DNA of 64,000 nt, from assembly GCA_963815215.1 (NCBI GenBank), contig CAWFFU010000003.1, positions 448,001 through 512,000 of the forward strand, read 5' to 3'. Shown one piece after another: positions 62,886 through 64,000 of the stretch. The notes beneath the pieces were generated by a model. The model saw only the letters and a list, made by a program, of their open reading frames with translations, was not told where the DNA came from and made no database searches. The translations under genes were made by a program, and so were the position numbers. How positions within the stretch are numbered: position 1 is the first letter of the stretch; each line of letters opens with the position of its first letter. Source of the DNA: an uncultured Trueperaceae bacterium (GTDB lineage: Bacteria; Deinococcota; Deinococci; Deinococcales; Trueperaceae).

Positions 62886-64000
<1,115 letters not shown>

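Overview
High-GC (about 70% by eye) bacterial chromosome segment, most likely Deinococcota. The assignment is inferred from the tmRNA tag GNNTYALAA, a Thermus/Deinococcus-like type IV pilin N-terminus, a giant TamB and many apparently leaderless genes. Most of the window is housekeeping: proline catabolism, dxs, purD/purN, metY/metX, rel, trpC, glgA, glmS, three tRNAs, tmRNA, SRP RNA and a SAM-I riboswitch. Five parts stand out. (1) A V/A-type ATPase operon in E-DUF2764-A-B-D-I-K order, not the Thermus order, with a Na+-type K ring and a structured leader. (2) A desaturase + PAQR/HlyIII + cold-shock protein module with a 12-bp tandem repeat between its divergent promoters. (3) A roughly 560-nt metY leader with SAM-I, a 22-codon uORF and a C-rich tract. 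(4) A lower-GC pilin glycosylation cassette: pilin, a doubly frameshifted O-ligase-like gene, a DegT aminotransferase and an intact O-ligase-like gene. (5) An LptA/LptD/LptFG-like cluster plus a 3377-aa TamB in a phylum not known to make classical LPS. No CRISPR array, transposase, integrase or prophage was seen. All calls come from motif recognition by eye; no database searches were run.
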